64,000 nucleotides of DNA from Chloroflexi bacterium CSP1-4 (GCA_001443375.1 LDXM01000014.1:42-64041); one strand, 5' to 3'. Shown: positions 19,321 through 30,248, counted from the first letter of the stretch. Notes: a model not told the origin generated them from the letters alone. Translations and numbers: made by a program.

Positions 19321-20810
19321 GCGAGCGACCGAAGCTCAAGCCGCGTGAGCGCATGGCCATCGACCGCTACGCCATGCCCGAACGGGTGCCGGATGTGCGC
19401 GCGACGGACTTCCAGGAGGTCAACCTCGGCTACACGCACCTGCTGGCCGCGGCGGAGGCGGAACGCTGCCTGCAGTGCAAGAACCCGGTGTGCATCGACG
19501 GGTGCCCGGTGCGGGTGAACATCCCGCGCTTCATCGACCTGGTCGCGGAAGGGGATCTCCGCGGCGCCGCGGAATCCCTGCTCGACGACAACGCGCTGCC
19601 CTGCGTCACCGGCCGTGTCTGCCCCCAGGAGACGCAGTGCGAGGGCAAGTGCCTGCGCGGCATCAAGGGCAAGCCCGTCGCCATCGGCGCCCTCGAGCGT
19701 TACGTGGCCGACTGGGCCATGCAGCATGCCGAGGAGCTGCCGCACACGGTGCACGCGCCCAGCGGGCGGCGCGTGGCCATCGTGGGCAGCGGCCCGGCGG
19801 GGCTCACGGCCGCCGGCGAGCTGGTCAAGTCGGGCCACCAGGTGACCATCTTCGAGGCGTTCCACGCGCCGGGCGGTGTGCTCATCTACGGCATCCCGGA
19901 GTTCCGCCTGCCCAAGGACATCGTCCAGGCGGAGGTGGACCGGCTCAAGGCGGCCGGCGTGGAGATCGAGGTCAACGCGATCATCGGCAAGACCTGGACG
20001 CTGCGCGAGCTGCGCGCCCGCTACGACGCGGTCTTCCTGGCGGTCGGCGCGGGACTGCCGGTCTTCATGGGCGTGCCCGGCGAGAACCTCAAGGGCGTCT
20101 ACTCGGCCAACGAGTACCTGACCCGGGTGAACCTCATGGGCGCCTTTCGCGAGGGCGCCGACACGCCGGTGCTTCACGGCCACCGGGTCGCCGTGGTGGG
20201 CGGCGGGAACGTGGCCATCGACGCGGTGCGAACGGCCCGCCGGCTGGGTGCCGACGAGGCGATCATCGTCTACCGCCGCGGCCACGAGGAGCTGCCGGCG
20301 CGGCGGGAGGAGGTCCACCACGCCGAGCAGGAGGGTATCCGCTTCGAGTTCCAGGTGGCGCCGGTGGAGGTCCTGGGCGACGAGGGGGGCTGGGTGACAG
20401 GCCTGCGCTGCGTACGCATGGCGCTGGGCGAGCCCGACGAGTCCGGCCGAGCCCGCCCCGAGCCGATCCCCGGTTCCGAGTTCGTCATCGACTGCGAGAT
20501 GGTGGTGGTGGCCATCGGCACCCGCAGCAACCCCCTGCTCACCAGGAGCGAGCCCGACCTGGCGCTCAACAAGTGGGGTTACATCGTGATCGACGAGGAG
20601 GGCATGACCAGCCTCCCCGGCGTCTTCGCCGGCGGTGACATCGTGCGCGGCGCGGCCACCGTCATCCTGGCCATGGGCGACGGCAAGCGCTCCGCCCACG
20701 CCATCGGGCGCTACCTCGACCGCGTGGCCGAGCTCAGCGCGACGGCGGTTTCGGCCGGGACCACGTCCGGAACGGCCCCCAGCCCAGCAGCGCCGCCGGC
20801 GCAAGCGTGA
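19317..20810 (+). CDS. nfnB: NfnB/SudA-like large subunit (GltD-homologous flavo-Fe-S protein)
   Basis: GTG 19317 overlapping nfnA stop; CLQCKNPVCIDGCP, GRVCPQETQCE, GSGPAGL, YGIPEFRLPK, GGGNVAID, FAGGDIVRGAATVILAMGDG; no gltB adjacent. Confidence 0.9.
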   Translation: MSERPKLKPRERMAIDRYAMPERVPDVRATDFQEVNLGYTHLLAAAEAERCLQCKNPVCIDGCPVRVNIPRFIDLVAEGDLRGAAESLLDDNALPCVTGRVCPQETQCEGKCLRGIKGKPVAIGALERYVADWAMQHAEELPHTVHAPSGRRVAIVGSGPAGLTAAGELVKSGHQVTIFEAFHAPGGVLIYGIPEFRLPKDIVQAEVDRLKAAGVEIEVNAIIGKTWTLRELRARYDAVFLAVGAGLPVFMGVPGENLKGVYSANEYLTRVNLMGAFREGADTPVLHGHRVAVVGGGNVAIDAVRTARRLGADEAIIVYRRGHEELPARREEVHHAEQEGIRFEFQVAPVEVLGDEGGWVTGLRCVRMALGEPDESGRARPEPIPGSEFVIDCEMVVVAIGTRSNPLLTRSEPDLALNKWGYIVIDEEGMTSLPGVFAGGDIVRGAATVILAMGDGKRSAHAIGRYLDRVAELSATAVSAGTTSGTAPSPAAPPAQA

Positions 20811-21894
20811 CGACGGCGACGAGCGGCACGAACCCCACGAACCCGCCCAGCGGCCAGAGGAGCGCCAGCCCGTAGGCGACGGCGAGCAGCCAGCGATCCT
20901 GCCACGGCCAGCCGCGCGCGGCAGCCCCGGCCGTGAACACCGCCAGCGCGGGCAGCAGCAGCGTCGCGTCGTAGACCCAGGCGTGCGGGCTGATCACGAG
21001 CCCGACCGAGGTCGCCAACGCGACCGCCCGCTCCGGGGGCCAGGCGCGCAGCGCGGGCAGGCAGGCCAGCACGACGAAACCGCCGGCAACGTAGCCGAGC
21101 GCGGTGAGCCAGGGCACCCCGATCACGAGTTCCAGCCTCGTCCCGAGGGCGGGCAGCGAGACGGCCTGCCAGCCGTTGACCGCGAAATCGGGGGCCGTGT
21201 AGGCGCGGATCGTGGCGAGCCAGTCCGCCGGCCAACCCCAGGCGCCACCGGTCGCGAGCGCGCCGAGGAGATAGTGGAGGCCGACGAGCCCGGCAACGAC
21301 CGCGAGCCCCCGCCACAGCCCGCGCCAGGCCAGCAACCCGGCCTGCGGCGCGGCCAGCTGCGGCTTGAAGGCCAGCGCGCCCACGAGCACGCCCGGCAGC
21401 CACCCACGGCCGCGCGCCAGCGCCCACGCCGCGAGCACCACGAGCAGCAGCGCCAGCCCGGTGCTCTGGCCGCTGATCACGCCGGCCGACGCGGGCGCCC
21501 AGGCGAAGACGCCGGCCAGCGCCCAGCGCCGCGGGATCCCGAACAGGGGCCCGCCGATCCAGGCCGCCAGGGCCAGCGTTCCGGCTTCGAGCGCGACGTG
21601 GAGCATGGCCGCCATGTCGTAGGGCAGCCAGGAGAAGGGCACGTAGAGCAGCGCCAGCCCGGCCGGGTAGACCCAGGGCGTGATCGGCAGGCCGTGCGCC
21701 TGCTGGTACGCGACGACGGCAGAGAGGCCGGTCAGCTCCGGCCTGAAGGCCAGGGAACCGGCGGCGTAGAAGGCGCTGAAGTCCAGCCAGCCACGCGGCC
21801 CGACGCCGAGCAGGGGCAGCCAGGCGGCGACGATGGCGGCGCCGAGCCAGAGCCGGACCCGGCGGGCCTCCCAGATCCCCCGCCAGCCGGGCAC
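20734..21894 (-). CDS. GT87 family (DUF2029) polyprenyl-phosphate-sugar-dependent glycosyltransferase
   Basis: [45 protein letters not shown]; many TM helices. Confidence 0.8.
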   Translation of the reverse strand: MPGWRGIWEARRVRLWLGAAIVAAWLPLLGVGPRGWLDFSAFYAAGSLAFRPELTGLSAVVAYQQAHGLPITPWVYPAGLALLYVPFSWLPYDMAAMLHVALEAGTLALAAWIGGPLFGIPRRWALAGVFAWAPASAGVISGQSTGLALLLVVLAAWALARGRGWLPGVLVGALAFKPQLAAPQAGLLAWRGLWRGLAVVAGLVGLHYLLGALATGGAWGWPADWLATIRAYTAPDFAVNGWQAVSLPALGTRLELVIGVPWLTALGYVAGGFVVLACLPALRAWPPERAVALATSVGLVISPHAWVYDATLLLPALAVFTAGAAARGWPWQDRWLLAVAYGLALLWPLGGFVGFVPLVAVVTLAPAALLGWGPFRTWSRPKPPSR

Positions 21895-21901
21895 CGGGCG
21901 A

Positions 21902-23297
21902 TCAGCCCCGGGCGGCTTCGAGCCGGTCGAGCACGACCCGCTTCACCTGGTCGGCGCTGACGCGGTCCTGCGTCATCGAGTCGCGGTCGCGGATGGTCAC
22001 CGCCCCGTCCTCGAGCGAGTCCACGTCCACGGTCACGCACCATGGCGTGCCGATCTCGTCCTGGCGACGGTAGAGCTTGCCGATGGAGGCCGTGTCGTCG
22101 TACACGGCCATCACGTCGCGCTTGAGGTCGGCCACGATGCGCCCGCACATCTCGACGATCTCGGGCCGCTTCTTCAGCAACGGCAGCACGGCCACCTTGT
22201 ACGGCGCCAGCTCCGGGTGGAGGGCCAGGCAGACGCGGGTCTCGCCCCTGACCTCCTCCTCCCGGTAGGCGTCGATGAGGAAGGTGAAGGCGGCCCGGTC
22301 GGCGCCCGCGGAGGTCTCGATGATCCAGGGCAGGAGGTGCTCCTCGGTCGCCGGATCGAAGTACTCCAGGTTCTCGCCGGACGACCGGGCGTGGTTCCCG
22401 AGGTCGAAGTCGCCGCGGTTGTGGACGCCCTCCAGCTCCTTCCAGCCGAAGGGGAAGCGGTACTCGATGTCCACCGCCTTCCGCGCGTAGTGGGCCAGCT
22501 CGGCCGGTCGATGCTCCCGGGTTCGCAGCCGCACGGGCGCCACACCGAACTGCTCGTACCACGCCCTGCGGCGTGGGAGCCACTCGTCGAAGTGCGCCGC
22601 GGCGCCCTCCGGGCGGACGAAGTACTGCATCTCCATCTGCTCGAACTCGCGCATGCGGAAGACGAAGTTGCCCGGGCTTCTCGTTGCGAAAGGCCTTGCC
22701 GACCTGGGCGATGCCGAAGGGCAGCTTCTTGCGGCTCGAAGCCTGGACGTTCTTGAAGTTGACGAAGATGCCCTGGGCCGTCTCCGGGCGGAGGTAGACG
22801 ATCGCCGCCTCGTCCTCGACCGGGCCGAGGAACGTCTTGAGCATCAGGTTGAAGCGACGCGGCGGAGAGAGCGGCCCCTGGTCCACCGGGCACGTCAGCC
22901 CGAGCCGTTGGATCACGCCGGGGTCGATGGCCTCGGCCGGGGAGAGGTCCTCGGCGCCCGGGAGTTCGTCCACCCGGAAGCGGCGGTGGCACGTCCCGCA
23001 CTCGACCAGCGGGTCGCTGAACTCGGCGACGTGGCCCGAGGTGACCCACACCTGGGGGGCCATGAGGATGCCCGCGTCGAGTCCCACGATGTCGTCGCGC
23101 TGCTGGACCATCGAGCGCCACCACGCCCGCTTGACGTTGTTCTTCAGCTCGACGCCCAACGGCCCGTAGTCCCACACGGCGTTGATGCCGCCATAGATCT
23201 CCGACGAGGGAAAGATGAAGCCGCGCCGCTTGGAGAGCGAGACGATGGTCTCGAGGTTGGCGATGGCGGGCGCGACGTCGGCGGTCTGTTCGATCAC
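21902..23297 (-). CDS. glyQS: Glycine--tRNA ligase, alpha2 (eukaryote/archaea-like) type; frameshift near 22678, probably sequencing error
   Basis: [38 protein letters not shown] | [28 protein letters not shown], anticodon domain [15 protein letters not shown]. Confidence 0.95.
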
Positions 23298-23360
23298 GGG
23301 CGGACGGGCACTCCGGCTGCGGGATGCTGGGCCGCCCATTCTCGCATGGAGCGTGCCCCG

Positions 23361-24125
23361 TCAGGGGACGTGGCGAACCTCGTCGAGGAAGGCCAACGAT
23401 CTTGCCTCACGCTCCAGCACATGGCGCATGTAGCGCCGCATGGCGGCCTCGACCTCGGCCTCCGTGGCGGCCGAGAGCCGCAGGGCCGCCAGCGCCTCGA
23501 TGTCCAGCCGCCGGTAGGCGCGCAGCACCTTGAGGGCGTTGAGCGAGAGCTCGACCCATTCGCCGGGCGGGTTCGGGTGCCGTGGGCAGAGCACGCCGCC
23601 GAGCCCCGGTGCCCACCGGAAGGCGTCGGTCTCCTCCAGGACGCGGTCGCACTCGACACAGCGCTCGACCTCGGGCCGGACGCCCAGCGCGTCGGCCAGG
23701 CCGGTCTCGAACCAGCGCGCCACGCGCCCCGGCGCCATGCCGTCGTCGAGCAGCTGGAAGGCCCGCCGCAGCAGGGCGTAGATGGTGTAGGCGGGCGCAT
23801 GCTCCTCGGTCGCCCGCTCGGCCATCTCCCCGATGTACCAGGCCGTGGCCGCCGACTCGAGGCGGTCGCGGAGGTTCAGCCAGGCCTCCGACACGCTGGC
23901 TGACGTCACGACGTCGAAGGTGCGCCCGCGGGCCAGGACCAGCTGCAGTTCGGCGAACGGCTCGAGGCTCCCGCCGAGCCGGCTCTTCTGGCGCCGCACG
24001 CCCTTGGCGATGACGCGCAGCTTGCCGTCGTGCGGGGTGAGGAGCGTCAGCACGCGGTCCGCCTCGCCCAGCTCGAAGCGGCTCAGGACGATGGCGGCCG
24101 TCTGGTAGACGCGCGGGGCGGGCAC
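23361..24125 (-). CDS. recO: DNA repair protein RecO
   Basis: AIVLSRFELGEADRVLTLLT..GKLRVIAKGVRRQKSRLGGSLEPF; Zn motif CVEC..LCPRH. Confidence 0.93.
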   Translation of the reverse strand: MPAPRVYQTAAIVLSRFELGEADRVLTLLTPHDGKLRVIAKGVRRQKSRLGGSLEPFAELQLVLARGRTFDVVTSASVSEAWLNLRDRLESAATAWYIGEMAERATEEHAPAYTIYALLRRAFQLLDDGMAPGRVARWFETGLADALGVRPEVERCVECDRVLEETDAFRWAPGLGGVLCPRHPNPPGEWVELSLNALKVLRAYRRLDIEALAALRLSAATEAEVEAAMRRYMRHVLEREARSLAFLDEVRHVP

Positions 24126-24132
24126 GTACGCC

Positions 24133-24203
24133 AGCGTACCCCAGCCGCACGCGGCACCGGACGCTCCGTTTCTGGCGGCAAACGTGCTGGACGCTGGTAT
24201 CCT
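24133..24203. promoter_or_regulatory. Divergent putative leaderless promoters for recO and the polyprenyl synthase
   Basis: TACGCT (rc 24133-38) 7 nt before recO GTG; extended -10 TGgTATCCT (24195-24203) 6 nt before GTG 24210. Confidence 0.5.
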
Positions 24204-24209
24204 GTTGCG

Positions 24210-25229
24210 GTGCTGACCACGGCGGACCTGCAGGCGCTCATCGCCGACACCGAGGCGGAGATCCTCCGCCTCATCGACGCGGCCGAGGATGAGGCCACGC
24301 GGCCGATGTACCAGCAGATGCGCTACCACCTCGGCCTCGACGGCGCCGACGGCGTCAGCGGCAAGCGGCTCCGACCACTCCTGGGCCTGCTCGCCTACCA
24401 GTCGCTGACCGGGCGCCACGAGCCGGCTCTCCCCGGCGCCGCAGCCGTCGAGCTGGGCCACAACTTCAGCCTCGTGCACGACGACATCGAGGATTCGGGC
24501 ACGGAGCGCCGCCATCGGGCCGCCCTGTGGACCATCGCCGGGGTCGCTCAGGCCATCAACACCGGCGACGCTCTCTTCGTCCTCTCACGCCTGGCGCTGC
24601 ACCGGCTGACCGAGCTCGGCTTCAGCGATGCGAAGGTGCTGGCGTTGATGCGCCTCTACGACGAGACCTGCCTGGCCCTGTGCGAGGGCCAGTTCATCGA
24701 CATCTGGACCTCCGAGCACGACGGCTCGGGTTCGGTCGAGCTCTACTTCGACATGATCGGGCGCAAGACCGCCGCGCTCATCGCCGGCTCCGTCCAGGCC
24801 GGTGCCATGCTGGCCACGGACGACGCGGCGGTCATCGAGGCCTACCGCGCCTTCGGCTGGGCGCTGGGCATCGCCTTCCAGCTCAACGACGACCTGCTGG
24901 GCATCTGGGGCGAGGAGACGGCCACCGGCAAGGAGCCGTCGGACCTCGCCGCGCACAAGAAGACGCTGCCGATCCTCTACGCCCTCGAGCGCGCCGGGCC
25001 CGAGGACCGCGAGCGGCTGGCGGCCATCATCGCCCTGCCGGCGCCGACCGACCCGGAAGTCGCCGAGGCCCGCGCCATCCTCGAGCGTTCGGGCGCCCGG
25101 GACTACACGCGCGACGAGGCCCGGCGCTACCGCGACGAGGCCGTCCGGCAGCTGGCCCTCACCGGCGCCGTGGACGACTTCGCGCAGGCGCGACTCCGGG
25201 ACATCATCGTCTCCGCCATCAGCGCGTAG
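24210..25229 (+). CDS. Polyprenyl diphosphate synthase (GGPP synthase/IdsA-like)
   Basis: GKRLRP, FSLVHDDIED..RR, LCEGQ, KTAALI, AFQLNDDLLG, KKTLP. Confidence 0.92.
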   Translation: MLTTADLQALIADTEAEILRLIDAAEDEATRPMYQQMRYHLGLDGADGVSGKRLRPLLGLLAYQSLTGRHEPALPGAAAVELGHNFSLVHDDIEDSGTERRHRAALWTIAGVAQAINTGDALFVLSRLALHRLTELGFSDAKVLALMRLYDETCLALCEGQFIDIWTSEHDGSGSVELYFDMIGRKTAALIAGSVQAGAMLATDDAAVIEAYRAFGWALGIAFQLNDDLLGIWGEETATGKEPSDLAAHKKTLPILYALERAGPEDRERLAAIIALPAPTDPEVAEARAILERSGARDYTRDEARRYRDEAVRQLALTGAVDDFAQARLRDIIVSAISA

Positions 25230-25246
25230 CGGGGCGCCGAGCTCGC

Positions 25247-26581
25247 CTACGCCTCGTCCTGGTGGGCCGGCGGCTCCGGCTCTCGTCGCGTCCGCACCGC
25301 CAGCACCTTGCCCACCCTCCGCCCGTCGGTGGACTCGACGGTCAGCGTGACGCCCATGAGCTCCACCCGGTCGCCGACGTGGGGGATGCCGCCGACGTGG
25401 TGGTAGACGAGGCCGCCGACCGTGTCGTACTCCTCGGCGTCCTCCTCGTCGAGGGTCACGTCGAAGAGCTCGACGAGCTCGTCCACGTCGGCCCGGCCGT
25501 CCACGCGCGCCTCGTCGTCGGAGAGGCGCACGACCATCGGCTCCTCCACGTCGTACTCGTCCTGGATCTCGCCCACGATCTCCTCGAGCAGGTCCTCGAT
25601 GGTCACCAGCCCCGCCGTGCCCCCGTACTCGTCGAGCACGATGGCGATGTGGACGCGCCGGCGCTGCAGCTCGTGCAGGAGGTCGTCCACGCTCAGCGAC
25701 TCGGGCACGAAGAGCGGTGGGCGCAGCAGCGTGCGGATCTCCGGCGGCTCCTCGGTCCCCTTGAGGTAGCGCAGCAGGTCCTTGGCGTAGAGCAGGCCGA
25801 CGATGTTGTCGATCGACCGCTCGAAGACGGGCATGCGCGAGTGGCCGTCGCGGATGATGGCGTCCACGACGTCGCCGAAGGTGGCCGTCACGGGCACGGC
25901 CACGATGTCGGTGCGCGGCACCATGACCTCGTGGATGCGACTCTCGCCCAGCTCCATGACGGCGCTGATCATCTGCTCCTCCTCGGCCTCGAGAACGCCC
26001 TGCTCGCCGCCGCGCTCGACGAGGAGCTTCAGCTCCTGCGTGGTGATCGCGTCGGCCGCGCGCACGTCGCGCACGCCGAGGAGCCGGTTGACCGCGTTCG
26101 TGACGCGCGTCAGCAGCCAGACCGCCGGGCCGAGCAGCCGCCCGATCACGTCCACGAGCGGGGAGAGGGCGAGCGCATAGCGCTCGGCGTGGGCCAGGGC
26201 CAGGGTCTTCGGCACGAGCTCGCCGAAGACGATGGTGAAGAAGCTGACCAGCGCGGTGACGATGAGCAGGGCCAGGAGGCCGGCGTAGGGTTCGAGCACC
26301 GCGATGTCGTCGAAGAAGTCCCGCAGCCCGACCGTGAGGCTGACCGCCGCGAAGGCCGAGGCGAAGAAGCCGACGAAGGTGATCCCCAGCTGGATGACGG
26401 CGAGGAAGCGGCCGGGCTGGGCGATCAGCCGACGCACGCGCCGCGCCGATCGGCTGCCCTCGTCCACGAGCTGCTCGATGCGCGTCCGGCGCACGGTGAC
26501 CAGGGCGATCTCGGCCGCCACGAAGACCGCGTTGATCAGGATGAGGACGACGATGACGAGGATCTCGCCCAGCGTGCCCAT
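25247..26581 (-). CDS. Hemolysin-family/CNNM (DUF21-CBS-CBS-CorC) membrane protein
   Basis: [67 protein letters not shown]. Confidence 0.93.
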   Translation of the reverse strand: MGTLGEILVIVVLILINAVFVAAEIALVTVRRTRIEQLVDEGSRSARRVRRLIAQPGRFLAVIQLGITFVGFFASAFAAVSLTVGLRDFFDDIAVLEPYAGLLALLIVTALVSFFTIVFGELVPKTLALAHAERYALALSPLVDVIGRLLGPAVWLLTRVTNAVNRLLGVRDVRAADAITTQELKLLVERGGEQGVLEAEEEQMISAVMELGESRIHEVMVPRTDIVAVPVTATFGDVVDAIIRDGHSRMPVFERSIDNIVGLLYAKDLLRYLKGTEEPPEIRTLLRPPLFVPESLSVDDLLHELQRRRVHIAIVLDEYGGTAGLVTIEDLLEEIVGEIQDEYDVEEPMVVRLSDDEARVDGRADVDELVELFDVTLDEEDAEEYDTVGGLVYHHVGGIPHVGDRVELMGVTLTVESTDGRRVGKVLAVRTRREPEPPAHQDEA

Positions 26582-27963
26582 CAGGCCTCCGGCCCTCCGG
26601 CCGGTTTCCGCTGGCGCTCGCGCACGCGGGCCGGCACGCCCACGGCCATCTTCCCCGGCGGCACGTCGTGGGTGACCACGGAGCCGGCGCCGGTGGCGGC
26701 CCCCTCGCCGATGGTCACCGGCGCCACGAGCATCGTGTCCGAGCCGATGAAGGCGCCGTCGCCGATGACCGTACGGTGCTTGCGCGTGCCGTCGTAGTTG
26801 GCGGTGATGGTGCCCGCGCCGATGTTCACGCCCGCGCCGACCTCGGCGTCGCCGATGTAGCTGAAGTGGTGCTGCTTGGTGCCCGGTCCGAGGCGGCTCT
26901 TCTTCACCTCGGCGTAGTTGCCCAGCTCGGCGCCGCGGCCGATGGAGGCGCCCGCGCGCAGGTGGGAGAAGGGCCCGATGGTCACCTCGTCCTCGACCTC
27001 GCACGACTCGAGCACGCTGGCACGGATCCGGCAGCGCTCGCCCACGACGCTGTCGCTGATCTGGCTGCCGGCGCCGATGAGCGTCTCGGCGCCGATCCGC
27101 GTCCGGCCACGGAGGATGACGTTGGGCTCGATGACGACGTCCTGGCCGAGCTCGACCACCGCGTCGATGAAGACGGTGGTGGGGTCCTGCATGGTCACGC
27201 CGGCCAGCAGGTGTCCCTCGAGGATGCGCCAGCGCAGGTCGGCCTCGGCGGTGGCGAGCTGGACGCGGTCGTTGATGCCGGCCAGCTCCATCTCGTCCTC
27301 GACCTCGAGCGCGGTGACCTTCCGGCCGTCGGAGCGGGCGAGGGCGACGAGGTCGGTCAGGTAGACCTCGCCGGAGGCCGGTGAAGGGCGCAGGTCGCCG
27401 ATGCGGCCACGCAGCCACGCCGCGTCGAAGGCGTAGAGGCCGGCGTTCACCTCGCCGATGCCGCGCTCGGCCTTCGTGGCGTCCTTCTCCTCGACGATGC
27501 GTGCGACGCCCCCCGCATCGCGCACGATCCGCCCGTACCCGCCCGCCTCTTCGGGGCGCACGGTGGCCAGGCTGATCGCGGCACCGTCCCGGCGGCGCAG
27601 CTGCACCAGCGCCGCCACCGTCTCCGAGGTGAGGAGCGGCGTGTCGCCGCTGAGGACCACGACCTCGGCCGCCGGCGCGTCCAGCGCGGCGAGAGCGGCC
27701 CCGACCGCATCGCCGGTGCCGCGCGGCTCGTCCTGCAGCGCCCACGCCACCTCGTCACCGAAGGCATCGCGCACGGCTGCCGTGGACGGCGAGGTGACGA
27801 CGAGCGGCCGGGTCCCGGTCGCCGCACGTGCAGCGTCCACGACGTAGGCCAGCATCGGCCGGCCGCACAGGGGATGGAGCACCTTCGGCCGCCGCGAGCG
27901 CATGCGCGTTCCGAGGCCCGCGGCAAGGACGATGGCGACGGTGGACGGTTCGGGAGAGGTCAC
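26581..27963 (-). CDS. glmU: Bifunctional UDP-GlcNAc pyrophosphorylase/glucosamine-1-P acetyltransferase
   Basis: LAAGLGTRMRS..PKVLH, GYGRIVR, EVNAGLY, hexapeptide repeats, HFSYIGDA, GAGTITANYDG. Confidence 0.96.
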   Translation of the reverse strand: MTSPEPSTVAIVLAAGLGTRMRSRRPKVLHPLCGRPMLAYVVDAARAATGTRPLVVTSPSTAAVRDAFGDEVAWALQDEPRGTGDAVGAALAALDAPAAEVVVLSGDTPLLTSETVAALVQLRRRDGAAISLATVRPEEAGGYGRIVRDAGGVARIVEEKDATKAERGIGEVNAGLYAFDAAWLRGRIGDLRPSPASGEVYLTDLVALARSDGRKVTALEVEDEMELAGINDRVQLATAEADLRWRILEGHLLAGVTMQDPTTVFIDAVVELGQDVVIEPNVILRGRTRIGAETLIGAGSQISDSVVGERCRIRASVLESCEVEDEVTIGPFSHLRAGASIGRGAELGNYAEVKKSRLGPGTKQHHFSYIGDAEVGAGVNIGAGTITANYDGTRKHRTVIGDGAFIGSDTMLVAPVTIGEGAATGAGSVVTHDVPPGKMAVGVPARVRERQRKPAGGPEA

Positions 27964-28045
27964 CGCGGCCGGGCCTCGCCGCTGGGCGATGGAGGGGTGC
28001 TGGGCATCAGGTGTGCGGGAATGTTCGGCGCTCGTGGGCGGGGTG

Positions 28046-28441
28046 TCAACCGCCCTCCGGGCGCGACCGGCGGGCGATCGCCTCGATCTCGACCAGGGCG
28101 CCCTTCGGCAGCGCCGCCACGGCGAAGGTGGATCGAGCCGGCGGCACGTCGCCGAAGAACCCGGCGTAGACGTCGTTGAGGACTCGGAAGTCTCCGATGT
28201 CGACCAGGAAGACCGTCGTCTTCACGACGTCGGCGAAGGTGCAGCCGGCGGCGTCGAGGACGGCGCCGATGTTGCGTAGCGCCCGCTCCGCCTGGGCGGC
28301 GGCCCCTTGGGCGAGCTGGCCGCTGGCCGGGTCGAGCCCGAGCTGCCCCGAGCAGAAGACGAGCTCGCCGGTATCGATGCCCTGGCTATAGGGGCCCAGC
28401 GCCGCCGGTGCGCCGTCGGTGGCGATCCGTCGCTTCGTCAT
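28046..28441 (-). CDS. ridA: RidA/YjgF family reactive intermediate deaminase
   Basis: APAALGPYSQ, FCSGQ, VVKTTVFL, PPARS, LPKGALVEIEAIA. Confidence 0.92.
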   Translation of the reverse strand: MTKRRIATDGAPAALGPYSQGIDTGELVFCSGQLGLDPASGQLAQGAAAQAERALRNIGAVLDAAGCTFADVVKTTVFLVDIGDFRVLNDVYAGFFGDVPPARSTFAVAALPKGALVEIEAIARRSRPEGG

Positions 28442-28449
28442 CGGTCTCC

Positions 28450-29385
28450 TCACTCCTCGTCACGGCCGAGCCCTGCGGCCCGGATCCGGGCGGCCTCGTG
28501 GCCGGCGACCGGCCGGGTCGCGATACCGGAGGCTGCCGTGCGCGCCTCGCCCGGTGAAGGATACAGAGCCAGCAGCGTGGGGCCCGAACCGGACAGCAGG
28601 ACCGGCCGCCCGAGGCGCTCCTCGAGCGCCCGGCGCAGGCCGCCGAGCGCGGGCCGCAGGGCCACGGCCGGCGGCCAGAGGTCGTTCGCGTCGCGCAGCC
28701 GCCGAGCCCACGAGACGAGGCCCTCGGCGTCGAGACCGTCCCGCAGCGCGTCGGCCAGATCGAGAGCGGTCCGCGCGGCGGGGGCGTCCGGGCCGGGCGG
28801 GCCGCCGGCCGCGGCCAGGGCGCCGAAGACGTCGGCGGTGGCAAGGCCATCGGGATCGGTCGCGAGCAGGAACCCGGGCGCGCCGACGGGCGCAGGGAGC
28901 GGCTCGACGACTTCGCCGCGCCCCCGCACCAGGGCCGCCTCCGACCCGGACGCGAAGAAGGGCACGTCCGAGCCGAGGCGCGCGGCGAGGTGCCGACGCT
29001 CCCCCGCCGTGAGTGGCAGGCCCCAGGCCTGCGCGGCGAGCGCGAGCGCGGCGGCGGCGTCGGCGCTCCCGCCGCCGAGCCCCGCCGCGACGGGGATCCG
29101 CTTCTCGAGATCGAAGGCGAGTGGCTCGAGCGGGCGCGCAGCCCACGCGCGCAGCAGGCGCGCCGCGCGCAGGACGAGGTTGTCCGGATCGCTGGCCGGT
29201 CCCTGGGCGCCCCCGACATGCAGCCGGTCCGCCGCCTGGTCATGGGTCGCGGGCAGGCCGAGCGACCGTACGGTGAGTCGGTCCGCGAGGTCGAGGCGGA
29301 CGAAGACCGAGACGAGCTCGTGGAAGCCGTCGGGGCGCTGGCCGACGAGGCCCAGGGCGAGGTTGACCTTGGCCTGCGGGTTCAT
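28450..29385 (-). CDS. ispE: 4-diphosphocytidyl-2-C-methyl-D-erythritol kinase
   Basis: AKVNLAL, RPDGFHEL, KRIPVAAGLGGGSADAAA, LGSDVPFF, LSGSGPT. Confidence 0.92.
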   Translation of the reverse strand: MNPQAKVNLALGLVGQRPDGFHELVSVFVRLDLADRLTVRSLGLPATHDQAADRLHVGGAQGPASDPDNLVLRAARLLRAWAARPLEPLAFDLEKRIPVAAGLGGGSADAAAALALAAQAWGLPLTAGERRHLAARLGSDVPFFASGSEAALVRGRGEVVEPLPAPVGAPGFLLATDPDGLATADVFGALAAAGGPPGPDAPAARTALDLADALRDGLDAEGLVSWARRLRDANDLWPPAVALRPALGGLRRALEERLGRPVLLSGSGPTLLALYPSPGEARTAASGIATRPVAGHEAARIRAAGLGRDEE

Positions 29386-30248
29386 CGGTCGAGCGACCCC
29401 AGCGCCGCCGCCAGCGACAGCCAGTCCCCGACGGAGAGCGTCTGCGGCCGCCGGTCGGTGGCGATCCCGGTCGCCTCCAGGGCGGCCGTGATCCGCTCCC
29501 GGCCAAGGTTCGGCAACTGCCGGGGCAGGACGTTGTGGAGCATCTTGCGCCGCTCCCGGAAGCCGGCCTGGACGAGCCGCCAGAGCTGCTCCTCGGCCCT
29601 TGGGTCGAGGTGACGGTCCCGCGTCTGCCCGGCCAGCACGGCCGACTCGACCTCCGGCGCCGGCTCGAAGGCGCTGGCCGGGACGAGCCGCGCGACGTGC
29701 ACGCTCGCGTGGTACTGGACGAAGACGGAGAGGTAGCTCATGGCGCCCGGCGCCGCGGCGACGCGCTCGGCGACCTCGCGCTGGAGCATCAGCACGAGGT
29801 GCTCCGGCCGGGGCTCCGTGCCCAGCACGCGGTGGAGGACGGGGCTGGTGATGTGGTAGGGCAGGTTGGCCACGAGGTCCCACGGGGCGGTCACGAGATC
29901 GCCCATCGACAGGTCGAGCACGTCGCCCTGGACCAGGCGCAGCCGACCGTCGCCGATCTCGGCGGCGAATCGCCGGCCGAGGTAGCGGACCATCGTGCGG
30001 TCCACCTCGACGGCGGTCAGCGACGCTCCGGCGGCCAGGAGCGCGCCGGTCAGGATGCCGATGCCCGGGCCGATCTCCAGGACGCGCCGGCCCGGCGTCA
30101 CCGCCGCGGCCGCCATGACCGCCTCGAGGACCTCGCCGTCGGCCAGGAAGTTCTGGCTGAACCGCTTGTCGGCCACCAGCAGGTGACGGCGCAGCTCGCG
30201 GCGGACGGCCTCCGGACCGAGGTGGCGCGCGTCGAGGGGATCGATCAC
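29382..30248 (-). CDS. rsmA: 16S rRNA m6,2A1518/1519 dimethyltransferase
   Basis: SQNFL, VLEIGPGIG, VANLPYHIT, MLQREVAER, FEPAPEVESAV, RRKML. Confidence 0.94.
   Translation of the reverse strand: MIDPLDARHLGPEAVRRELRRHLLVADKRFSQNFLADGEVLEAVMAAAAVTPGRRVLEIGPGIGILTGALLAAGASLTAVEVDRTMVRYLGRRFAAEIGDGRLRLVQGDVLDLSMGDLVTAPWDLVANLPYHITSPVLHRVLGTEPRPEHLVLMLQREVAERVAAAPGAMSYLSVFVQYHASVHVARLVPASAFEPAPEVESAVLAGQTRDRHLDPRAEEQLWRLVQAGFRERRKMLHNVLPRQLPNLGRERITAALEATGIATDRRPQTLSVGDWLSLAAALGSLDR

Noticed and set aside
19317-20810. Glutamate synthase small subunit gltD
   Set aside because: Coupled to an NfnA/SudB-type gene with no gltB, so NfnB is the better call
23298-23360. T-box riboswitch upstream of glyQS
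   Set aside because: Only ~60 nt intergenic and no T-box consensus
27964-28045. tRNA between ridA and glmU
   Set aside because: No cloverleaf, no TTCGA T-loop with proper stems, no CCA end
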